A stretch of 64,000 bases of DNA from Eledone cirrhosa (taxonomy: Eukaryota): the NCBI GenBank assembly GCA_964016885.1, contig OZ024741.1, positions 204,352,001 to 204,416,000 on the forward strand, in the 5' to 3' direction. The notes beneath the pieces were generated by a model. It made no database searches. It saw only the letters and a program-made list of their open reading frames with translations, and was not told the origin of the DNA. Positions 51,339-62,866 of this stretch are shown piece by piece (position 1 is the first letter of the stretch; every line of letters starts with the position of its first letter). The position numbers and the translations under genes were made by a program.

Positions 51339-53289
51339 TATAGCGAAGATACTGGGTTGTATGAATGTAACAAGGAGTACATTGTTTGTGTGTATAATAT
51401 TTAATTAACAATCATGGATATATATAGAACAGTCTAGTTGAAATGTCAAAGTAATAGATGATAGAATGAAGCAAAGTTAGTAGTTACCGTTTTGATTGCC
51501 AGGCAACGCGAGACGCCTGGCGAAGGCCAGGCGCCGGAAGGGCAAATGAGAGGGAGAGAGCCGAAGGCTATTCGTTTTATAGGGCTCTGCCGGAAGTTAC
51601 AGAAAGGGTTCTACTTCCCGTCTAGATGTTGTTCATCTATTGGGGTTGTGAGTCACAACAAGGGAGACAACCGCTACATAACCTCCCGCCAGAATTTTAG
51701 AATATAAAAATCGAATGAAAATATGTAGCAAGTTGGCGAGAATGTTGTAACAGGCATGAAAATTACGACAAAAGAATGTTTGCAAAAATCAATGATAGAT
51801 ATCAAGGTAGCCAACCGCTCTTGGCCAGAGAACGACTGGACATCTATCTATCCATCACCCAAAGATACAATGTAATAAAGTAAGAGAAGAGCTCAAAGTT
51901 CAAATGTACAAAATATAGTTCACAGGTGTGCAATCACGGTAGTTTCTGTTCTGTGGTATATCGTGAAATTTCCAACCTCCGAATGGATTTTCTCACAGGA
52001 AGAGTGCTGCAAAAATAAATTCTCTGGCTTGTTCTGCTGGTTTTGGTTGTTGTTGAAGCTGTATTGCTGTGGATGTTGTCTGGCGGAGTGAGCGTATTCG
52101 GTGTTTAAATCCACAGTAAAAAAAAATTTTTCAGAAAAAATGAGTTGCGCAAAGTGCTAGAAATAGCAGCCGAAGTTGCTGGTCGATGTTGAGAATGCGT
52201 TGACCTGGAAGGGTCAAGAGGCCAGCGACCAAAGAAATAAGCATTCTGAATAAATGCGCAGTTTTCAACGGCAAATTTACGTGGTAAATTTTTAAACCGG
52301 CAAATAGGAGAATATAGCTTAAGGCTGAAGAATCCTTGGCGAGAAACGTTATCTCTGGCGTGCGGCTATCTCTGTGAGTCGAGATATCTCCGTGAGTTGA
52401 GAATTTGTGCTGCCTACACGTGCCAATACAAGGATAAGTTAGGTTGAAAAAATAATATTTCTAACGCGCGAGAAAATGATAGTGCAAGTGTGAAAGTGAC
52501 AATGATGAAAAAGAAAGGCTTCACTCGGCATAATTATTGGTGTGAACTTTGGAAAAAAAACAAAAAAAAAACTTGAACGATGAAGAAAACGATGAAAAAA
52601 AAGGCAATGGTTCATCGAAAATAGATGTTCCTGTTGAAATGTTTTTTAAAAAATATCAAATTTCTCTTTTTTTTTTTTGTTTTGAAAGTGTTCGTTGTAA
52701 GAAACGAGAAACATGTATATATATCGTGAAATGCGACAGTTAGTTGATGCGTGAGAGAAAAAGTCTGTCTGAACGCGAATTTCACATGTGCGTGTGTGCG
52801 TTTCCTTGAGTATTTTCATAGTTTGTCGATAAATTTGCTGTGTATTCGTAATGTTACTCACACAACACCAGATCTGCTATCTTTTTCTTTTTTCGGGGTG
52901 ACCACTTATAGCGATGAACGGCTGCGTGTTCGTATCACGTCAGGGTTACCAATATAGCGAAGATACTGGGTTGTATGAATGTAACACGGAGACATGGTTT
53001 GTGTATAATATTTAATTAACAATCATGGATATAGATAGAACAGTCTAGTTGAAATGTCAAAGTAATAGATGATAGAATGAAGCAAAGTTAGTAGTTACCG
53101 TTTTGATTGCCAGGCAACGCGAGACGCCTGGCGAAGGCCAGGCGCCGGAAGGGCAAATGAGAGGGAGAGAGCCGAAGGCTATTCGTTTTATAGGGCTCTG
53201 CCGGAAGTTACAGAAACGGTTCTACTTCCCGTCTAGATGTTGTTCATCTATTGGGGTTGTGAGTCACAACAAGGGAGACAACTGCTACA
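51339..53289 (-). mobile_element. Non-autonomous LTR retrotransposon (family A, TRIM/LARD-like, CsRn1/Kabuki-like Gypsy derivative)
   Basis: LTRs 51339-51678 and 52953-53289; TSD tcct; tRNA-Trp PBS at 52951 and below; PPT ggcgggagg next to the 3' LTR; no pol ORF. Confidence 0.92.
52916..52951 (-). other. Extended tRNA-Trp primer-binding site
   Basis: Plus strand gaacggctgcgtgttcgtatcacgtcagggttacca resembles the 3' ~35 nt of metazoan tRNA-Trp including CCA. Confidence 0.85.
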
Positions 53290-53661
53290 TCCTTATTTTC
53301 ATTTTCTTTGATTTCTTTCGTTTTTCTTTTATCTCCCAGGGAATTCGTTGACAAGCTTCTTTTATTTATTTTCTTCGTTTTCTTCATTCAAATGCATTCA
53401 CACTGGCTGTCTCAGAGACATACAAATATGGCTTATAAAACTTACCTAAGTAAATAGCATAGCGCCCCTCAAAGATTCACCCCCCCCCCCTGGAGCCCCG
53501 AAACGCATATGCCCCCCATTGAGAACCTTTGCTCTATTGGATACCTTACCTATAATACCAATTATGGACACACAAGTTGTAGAGTGCTTAATTCTGATTA
53601 CACCATAATTCGTTGATAACACTGATATTTGAATGGAAAAAATTATATATATATATATATA

Positions 53662-56600
53662 TGTAGTGACCTACATTCCGCGGGCTCACATACATTCTCT
53701 GTGTGTGATTTGGCTCAGCTGAGCCAATCAGCGCCAGTAGAAGAGGATGTATCCCTACGCGCCCTGAGGGAGAAAATCCCCGCGAAGATTTGAAGAATCT
53801 CTCTCTCGCACCCGGAACTTCGAACCAGCAACACGTACAACATGTGACGGTGAGATTTTGCACTTTGGCCTGCCGGCTTTCCGGCACAATGGCTCATTCC
53901 CTTTTGTAACCTCATTTTATGTGTAACTTCAACCATACAAGTTAACAAACATTATTTGTGTGGATTGGCAGTATCGGTAGAGGGTCGGACGCCATGCTTT
54001 CCAGCATAGTTACGTCCCTTTACGATCTGAGTTCAAATCCCGCCGAGGTTGACTTTGCCTTTCATCCTTACGGGGTCGTTAAAATAAAGTACCAGTAATG
54101 CACTGGGTAATTGCTGGCCTTGTGCCTAAAGTAGAAACAATTATTTGTGCTACAACAAAAATAAACATACATTTCATCTCTAATTTCTGCTGTTGACATC
54201 ATTATTATGTTACTCGTGTCTCAATAACATTTATACACCATGCTGCTAAAAGTGGTGAACCCGACGTGATGAATATTTTCAGTTCAAAATATTCCTTTTG
54301 AAATAAAATTAAAATTGGCAGTGTATGTATAAAAAAAAAAAAAAAAAAAAATTTACCAAGTACCAGCCATCAGCAGAAACACATGGCTAACTATTAACCA
54401 ACACCAGGGAATGGCTTGTAACTTTACCGATGCAACCACCATACCTTCTGTCTCGTTACCACAAGGACTCGAGAAATTAAGACATTAGTCTTCTCACCAC
54501 TATGGCGTCAGACGTGGCTGCCATATTGGTGACTCTAGGTTCTTCAACGCTCGACTTCGACTCTACAGAAGATTCATTGTGACTTTGCTTTAACAACAAC
54601 AACAACTCTACTAGTTCCCTAGTAAGCGTGATCCCAAAGAAATTTCAAAGAAAAGAAAAGCGAACTTTTTGTTAAAAGAAAAGAAACAATTCTTTCTTTC
54701 TTCCTTTTTTTTTCAGGCATTTATTTTGGACATTTATTTTTTTTAAACTGTATTATATGGAAATTCATTTTTTTTCTATCATTGTATATATGACTGCATC
54801 ATTTTCTTTATCATTGTATATATGACTGCACCCACACATTTATTTGCTGTTTTACATACCTGCATATGCACACATTTCTTTGTCACCCACCAACATGTTG
54901 TTCTTAGTATATGTTCTTCAAACGTAATATTCTGCGAGATCCTTTTTCACCTGGTTGAGGTGCCGACACATGCTAGCGACTCATAGAGCTTAATTCACCT
55001 GGATTCAAACAGGCACCGCAACACGAGAATGCTAATTGCAGCTGAACTCAAACAGTTTCGCATCTCGTTGCACACTCATCGTCCATAACAACCTCCATTG
55101 TGTTACCTTACCCAACTCACTGAGAAAACAACAAATAGAACTGGACTTGTCAGCATTTCCACCACTTCTGTGGATTTGCCGGAATTATGGAATTTACATT
55201 GCAACTACTGCCCACCTACAGATTCAACTTGCTTTTTTCTTTTCAAAGCAACCAGCCATTTTTTCCTGGCTTCCTAGCACTTTCGGCAATACATCTGGGA
55301 GGCCGACATTTTCTCGCCTACCCATCATCTTCTTGCCAGCACTGGTAAACTACCATAATAGCTTCATCCACAGCTACTGGTACAACACTTACCATTAACA
55401 TTTAATGCAAGAACAGCAACTTCGCCCATGTCAGACTTTATCCGTTTTCTGTTAGACCTTTGGTGGTCACGTATAAACTACAAAACAGCTAGTCATTTGA
55501 CACAGCGGCTCAACACAGCCCTTAGCGCCTCATTTTTTTTCTTGCATGCATCCTTCTGCTCAATTATTTTTTCACTGATGTGCTCTTTCAGCATTTTTTC
55601 TTGCTGATTCAATAATCTGTATCGTCTTTCGTCTAGAGGGGGAGTATTGTAGTGACTTACATTCCGCGGGCTCACATACATTTTCTGCTGTGCGTGATTT
55701 GGCTCAGCTGAGCCAATCAGCGCCAGTAGAAGAGGATGTATCCCTACGCGCCCTGAGGGAGAAAATCCCCGCGAAGATTTGAAGAATCTCTCTCTCGCAC
55801 CCGGAACTTCGAACCAGCAACACGTACAACATGTGACGGTGAGATTTTGCACTTTGGCCTGCCGGCTTTCCGGCACAATGGCACATTCCCTTTTGTAACC
55901 TCATTTTATGTGTAACTTCAACCATACAAGTTAACAAACATTATTTGTGTGGATTGGCAGTATCGGTAGAGGGTCGGACGCCATGCTTTCCAGCATAGTT
56001 ACGTCCCTTTACGATCTGAGTTCAAATCCCGCCGAGGTTGACTTTGCCTTTCATCCTTACGGGGTCGTTAAAATAAAGTACCAGTAATGCACTGGGTAAT
56101 TGCTGGCCTTGTGCCTAAAGTAGAAACAATTATTTGTGCTACAACAAAAATAAACATACATTTCATCTCTAATTTCTGCTGTTGACATCATTATTATGTT
56201 ACTCGTGTCTCAATAACATTTATACACCATGCTGCTAAAAGTGGTGAACCCGACGTGATGAATATTTTCAGTTCAAAATATTCCTTTTGAAATAAAATTA
56301 AAATTGGCAGTGTATGTATAAAAAAAAAAAAAAAAAAAAATTTACCAAGTACCAGCCATCAGCAGAAACACATGGCTAACTATTAACCAACACCAGGGAA
56401 TGGCTTGTAACTTTACCGATGCAACCACCATACCTTCTGTCTCGTTACCACAAGGACTCGAGAAATTAAGACATTAGTCTTCTCACCACTATGGCGTCAG
56501 ACGTGGCTGCCATATTGGTGACTCTAGGTTCTTCAACGCTCGACTTCGACTCTACAGAAGATTCATTGTGACTTTGCTTTAACAACAACAACAACTCTAC

Positions 56601-58034
56601 TAGTTCCCTAGTAAGCGTGATCCCAAAGAAATTTCAAAGAAAAGAAAAGCGAACTTTTTGTTAAAAGAAAAGAAACAATTCTTTCTTTCTTCCTTTTTTT
56701 TTCAGGCATTTATTTTGGACATTTATTTTTTTTAAACTGTATTATATGGAAATTCATTTTTTTTCTATCATTGTATATATGACTGCATCATTTTCTTTAT
56801 CATTGTATATATGACTGCACCCACACATTTATTTGCTGTTTTACATACCTGCATATGCACACATTTCTTTGTCACCCACCAACATGTTGTTCTTAGTATA
56901 TGTTCTTCAAACGTAATATTCTGCGAGATCCTTTTTCACCTGGTTGAGGTGCCGACACATGCTAGCGACTCATAGAGCTTAATTCACCTGGATTCAAACA
57001 GGCACCGCAACACGAGAATGCTAATTGCAGCTGAACTCAAACAGTTTCGCATCTCGTTGCACACTCATCGTCCATAACAACCTCCATTGTGTTACCTTAC
57101 CCAACTCACTGAGAAAACAACAAATAGAACTGGACTTGTCAGCATTTCCACCACTTCTGTGGATTTGCCGGAATTATGGAATTTACATTGCAACTACTGC
57201 CCACCTACAGATTCAACTTGCTTTTTTCTTTTCAAAGCAACCAGCCATTTTTTCCTGGCTTCCTAGCACTTTCGGCAATACATCTGGGAGGCCGACATTT
57301 TCTCGCCTACCCATCATCTTCTTGCCAGCACTGGTAAACTACCATAATAGCTTCATCCACAGCTACTGGTACAACACTTACCATTAACATTTAATGCAAG
57401 AACAGCAACTTCGCCCATGTCAGACTTTATCCGTTTTCTGTTAGACCTTTGGTGGTCACGTATAAACTACAAAACAGCTAGTCATTTGACACAGCGGCTC
57501 AACACAGCCCTTAGCGCCTCATTTTTTTTCTTGCATGCATCCTTCTGCTCAATTATTTTTTCACTGATGTGCTCTTTCAGCATTTTTTCTTGCTGATTCA
57601 ATAATCTGTATCGTCTTTCGTCTAGAGGGGGAGTATTGTAGTGACTTACATTCCGCGGGCTCACATACATTTTCTGCTGTGCGTGATTTGGCTCAGCTGA
57701 GCCAATCAGCGCCAGTAGAAGAGGATGTATCCCTACGCGCCCTGAGGGAGAAAATCCCCGCGAAGATTTGAAGAATCTCTCTCTCGCACCCGGAACTTCG
57801 AACCAGCAACACGTACAACATGTGACGGTGAGATTTTGCACTTTGGCCTGCCGGCTTTCCGGCACAATGGCACATTCCCTTTTGTAACCTCATTTTATGT
57901 GTAACTTCAACCATACAAGTTAACAAACATTATTTGTGCTACAACAAAAATAAACATACATTTCATCTCTAATTTCTGCTGTTGACATCATTATTATGTT
58001 ACTCGTGGCTCAATAACATTTATACACCATGCTG

Positions 58035-58038
<4 letters not shown>
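53662..58038 (+). mobile_element. Tandem non-autonomous LTR element (family B): LTR-int-LTR-int-LTR, 1989-bp period, in a (TA)n tract
   Basis: LTRs start tgtagtgac at 53662, 55648 and 57637; PBS tggtgaacccgacgtgat (tRNA-Trp) at 54253 and 56242; PPT agagggggag before LTR2 and LTR3; (TA)n on both flanks. Confidence 0.93.
53961..54139 (+). mobile_element. Full-length young tRNA-derived SINE in LTR1 (duplicate at 55950-56128)
   Basis: A-box-like tggcagtatcgg, B-box gagttcaaatccc, TSD attatttgtg; empty site in LTR3 near 57929. Confidence 0.92.
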
Positions 58039-58113
<75 letters not shown>

Positions 58114-58334
58114 CATTTTTCGTAGTCTAGCAATATTTCATCTGTTATTTATGTCTCTTTAGAATCTAATCTCTCTTTTTTTTCTCTCTGATTTTCATTC
58201 ATACTCAAACCTTTTTAATGTTATCTTTACTATTTCACATGTTTTTAATAATATGCCTCAATCTGTTGGACCCTTTCTAAAAACTAACCTTCTCCTAAAG
58301 GTACCCATTCCCCTACCACCTCCACACACACGAT

Positions 58335-61300
58335 CATTGTTATTTGGTCCAATCATAACTCAGCGGTTTATAGTAAGTTCTCTTACCAATCTCTATAGCA
58401 AAGCCACCACTTCAGTTATTACTCCTTAAGTTTAGACCTGGTTGCTTTTCGGTTTGCTAAATGGACTGCGGAATTTGGAGAGTCTGAACACTCAATGACA
58501 ATGTCACAGATAAAGATAAATTCACCTCCCCTTGCCAGACGAGAATGCAAGGACTCCTCTTTATTTCATACACGGATGACCAAAATAATTCCGTCTCACA
58601 CACCCCTCCCTGCAACTCCAACCCATCCATTCCACCCACCCAATGATATCCAAAACTTAAAGTTGGTACCATGAACGTAGGCACATTGAAAGGTCGCTCA
58701 AATGAGGTTGTAGAGATGCTTGAACGTAAGGAAGTTGATGTTTGTTGTATTCAAGAGACTAGGGAGAGGTGGATCTGCTAGATTCATTGTGGGTAAAAAA
58801 CGATGCTATAAACTTTTCTGGGTGGAGTAGGAATTATGTTAGCAGAAAAATTGGTAGATAAGGTAATTGACGTAAATAGAGTGAATGACAGAATAATTAA
58901 AATAAGACTAGTTCTAAATAGAACTACTGTGACAATAATATCCGCTTATGCACCCCCAATCTGGCTTACTTGATGTTATAAAAGACAGGTTCTATGAGTC
59001 GCTAATGCACACTACCTCCCAAATAACCGACAGTGACTACTTAATTATTGCTGGCGACCTTAATGGTCACAGACATCCTGATGGCTATGCTGGAATCCAT
59101 AGAGGCTATGTGTTTGGTACTAGAAATGAGGAAGGCTTCAGAATCCTGGAATTCTGTGACACTAATAACCTAACTATCTGTAACACAAACTTCAAAAAAT
59201 GAGACAATCACTTGATCGCCTATAGATCAGGGGAACATACCAGCCAGATAGATTATATCCTTACAAGAAGACGTAACAGAGTGTCTGTTGTAAACACTAA
59301 GTCCCTCCCCCGTGAAGAATGCACCTCCCAACATAGCCTAGTAGTTAGTGACCTCATAGTCAGAACTAGACGTACTCGATGACAGGAGGACCACCCTAAG
59401 GAGAAGAATATGGAAGTTGAAGGACCCCACAGCCAGTGACAAATTTAAAAGTTTATTACTTGATGCTTTTGACAGTAAGGAAGAGCAATTAGAGACGTAC
59501 AATATAGAGGAACAGTGGGATTCTTGAAAGTTAACCTGTTGAAGGCAACAGATGAAATCTGTGACTGGAGCAGACTTATAGGCAGGAGGAGAGTAACTTG
59601 GTGGAGGAGACAATCAAGGCCAAAAAGCAGGCTTGGAAAGTATGGCAGGATGGGGGTAGTAGAGAACACTATCAAGTGGCCAGGGACGAAGCTAGGAGAC
59701 AAGTGTACTTTGCAAGAATGGAAGCAGAGGAAAGAAAGTTGAAGCATGTTCGACAACGTGAAGTGTTCAGGATTACAAGACAATGTGTCAAGGAAAACCG
59801 TGTTATTGTCGGGGAGAAGTGTGTCCGTAATGATGATGGTGTACTTTCCCTCACTGATACTGATAAATGAGGAGAATAAATGGGAAAAAGATAGTCTGCC
59901 CCAAATCGATCCAATAGAGGGACCAGCAGTGCAAGTTAGTGGTTGTATAATAAGTAAGGCAATCAAAGATATGAAGACAGGCAAGGCGGCTGGGCCTTCG
60001 GAGATAGTTGCTAAGATGTTGAAAGCATCTGGAATGATGGGACATACTATGGTCACTCGGATAGTAAACCAAGTAATACAGAATGGGGTCATACCGAAGG
60101 ACTGGTGTAGCAGCATCATTGGTAACTGCTACAAGGGTAAAGGAGATGTTCTAGATAAGGGAAACTATAGAAGCATTAAGTTAGTTGACAAGGTCATGAA
60201 GGTCACAGAAAAAGTTATAGCACAACTAGAGATTGAATTGATGTAGTTGAAATGCAGTTTGGGCTTGTGTTAGGTAAAAATACCACAGATGCTCTTTTCC
60301 TTGTACGACAACTACAGGAGAAGTACTTAGCTAAAAGTAAACCCCTCTACTTAGCTTTTGTTGACTTGGAGAAAACCTTTGACAGAGTCCCACGCTCCGT
60401 TATCTGGTTGGCCCTTAGAAAACTAGGAGGAGATAAATGGCTTGTGAGAGCTATACAAGCCATGTATAAAGATACAGTCAGCAAGGTTAGAATTAACAAT
60501 GAATACAGTGAAGAATTTAGCGTAAAAGTCAGTGTTCATCAAGGCTCTGTCCTTAGCCCCCCTGCTGTTTATTATTGCCCTTCTGGCTATAACAGGAGTT
60601 TAAGACCGGCTGCCCATGGAAACTTCTATATGCAGATGATCTAACTTTCATAGCTGAATCGATGGCTGAACTAGAGAAGAAATTCCAAACATGGAAGCAT
60701 GGCCTAGAACCAAAAGGCCTTAAAGTTAACTTGCCTAAGACTAAAGTTCTAGTATGTAGAACGGAAAATAGGGCACAGGTGCCCCCTGGGAAATGGCCAT
60801 GCTCAGTGTGTAGGAAAGGAGTGAGTAGAAATTCCATTTTATGTCCCAAATGCAAACTTTGGGTACATTAAAAGATGTAGTGGGATCACAGACAAGCTAT
60901 CTAAGAACGTAGACTTTATATATGGCCGATGCTCAGGTGCAATAAGTAGCAAGTGCCCACAGGATACTAGCTCCTTCTATTGCCCAGATGATTCTATAGA
61001 AATAGTGGACACTTTCCGTTACCTGGGTGACAAAATCAGCAGTGGTGGAGGGTGTTCTGAAAGTACAGGAGCGAGAGTCTGAAAATGAAAGGCAGATTGT
61101 ATGATGCCTGTATACGAACAGCAATGTTACATGGCAGTGAGACATGGGCATTGTGTGCAGAGGACCTGTATAGATTGGAGAGGTACGAAGCTTGCATGCT
61201 CTGTTGGATGTGTAATAGTAATATACACGAACAGCAAAGCATAAATGAATAAAGTTAGAAATTAGGAATAAGAGGGATCAGATGCTGTTTACTTGAGAGA

Positions 61301-61839
61301 AGATTACGTTGGTATGGCCACGTGATGCGCATGAAAGACGACAGCTGTATAAAAAAATGCAGGGCGATCAGAATTGATGGAAGTTACGGAGTAGGTAGAC
61401 CCAGAAAAACCTGGGACGACATGATAAATTCCGATCTTGAACACTTGCACCTCTCTAAGACAATGTGACTATCGCGATCTTTGGCGCCATGCAGTAATAG
61501 AGTCAGTAGGCCCCTCCAAACCAAACATACTTCCCCAACCCACTACACCTACTGCATCCTCCCACTCCTGCCAACATCCTTTCTCTATAAAGTTATGTTG
61601 GTACCACAACATCCAGTCCAAACTAATGAGGTCATGTAGGTGTCACAACAAAAAAACACAGTCCACGGTAAATGTGATTGGTGTTAGGAAGGGTATCCAG
61701 CAGTAGATAACCTGCCAGATAGTCCTATACGAGCAAGACACAGTGACCCGACCGATCTAGCCTTAAGTGGGACAACTCCCGTCTAACCCATGCTAGCGTG
61801 GAAGATAGACATTAAACGATGATTATGATGATGATGATG
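58335..61839 (+). mobile_element. Second near full-length RTE LINE copy (same family as 41182-47470), degraded
   Basis: Same 5' UTR, APE, RT and PHD-like segments with many stops and indels; 3' tail ctaacccatgctagcgtggaa...(atg)n. Confidence 0.95.
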
Positions 61840-61882
61840 CACACACATATATGTGTCTGCGTATGTAATATATATATATATA

Positions 61883-61913
<31 letters not shown>

Positions 61914-62653
61914 GCGGCGATGAATTAGTTTTGCGAGGTTTTTTATATGAAATCGTGTGTCGAAATAAATATTGTTATACTTGGGGAGGGTCATATTTGT
62001 GTAATATTGCCAGAATTAATAACAGAACACACTCACTGTTTGGTTGGTTTTCGCTTCTCGCTTCTGTCTTTTATATCGGTAATCTAACTTACTCGGTCCT
62101 CAATGTTGCCATTGACTGACCGACGGTCAAAAATAATACAGATACAATATAGACACAAACACATATATATAGTTTATCATAAATCTTTCGTTGCACATCT
62201 GCAACATCGTCAGTGGTGTTTTATTTTCCTCCTGTTGTATTGTATGTCTACGCCATTTTTATTATATATATATAGTGAAAAAATGAAGAGTAACTTGGTT
62301 GGCTATATATATGTATTTAATGTGTGAGTGTGTTTATAATCATCATCATCATCATTGCTGTTTTACATGTTTTCCCATGCTTGCATAGGTTATTCCAATT
62401 GCTGCAAAAAAACATTGACATCATTTATAAACATCACCAGGGACAGTTTATGTTTCCTATAAATAATATGTTTTGCTTAGGCAAACATTATTGATATATA
62501 CACCCTACCTAAAATATATTCTGGGTTAATGTCACAAAGGGTATCTGGTTTTAGATAACCTATCTCAAGAAGTCTCAATCCACCCATGCAAGTATGGAAA
62601 AAGCAGATGTAAATGTGATGATGATAGTAAATGTTTTTGTCAAGTATACAGTG

Positions 62654-62866
62654 TTAACTCTTTAGCATTTCAACTGGCTGTATCCGGCCAAAATTCTCTC
62701 TTCTCTTTTTGTTCAAACCGGCTGTAACCAGCCGCTCATACTGATGTTAACATATTCTCAAAATAAATGGTATCAAAATCTCATAGATTCAATATTATGT
62801 GAGATAAAGCCATTACCATGAAAATATAATAGTCAATATAGAGTAATGTAAATGCTAAAGGGTTAA
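62654..62866. mobile_element. piggyBac-like MITE with TTAA TSD (partial inverse copy near 13005-13208)
   Basis: ttaa-ctctttagcattt ... aaatgctaaaggg-ttaa. Confidence 0.8.

Larger units (their letters stand above)
40471..53531. mobile_element. Outer hAT-type element, expanded to 13 kb by nested insertions
   Basis: Perfect 13-bp TIRs caaaggttctcaa (40471-40483) / ttgagaacctttg (53519-53531); 8-bp flanks ctctattt / ctctattg; C-rich subterminal tracts at both ends. Confidence 0.75.

Noticed and set aside
52916-52951. tRNA-Trp gene
   Set aside because: Only the 3' part is present, with encoded CCA, next to an LTR; it is a primer-binding site
51492-53351. Twin ORFs MIARQRETPGEGQAPEG...
   Set aside because: Antisense frames within the two family A LTRs, with non-ATG starts
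55036-57926. Duplicated ORFs of 120, 127 and 77 aa
   Set aside because: They lie in LTR or internal non-coding sequence of the tandem element, have no recognisable domain, and repeat only because of the duplication
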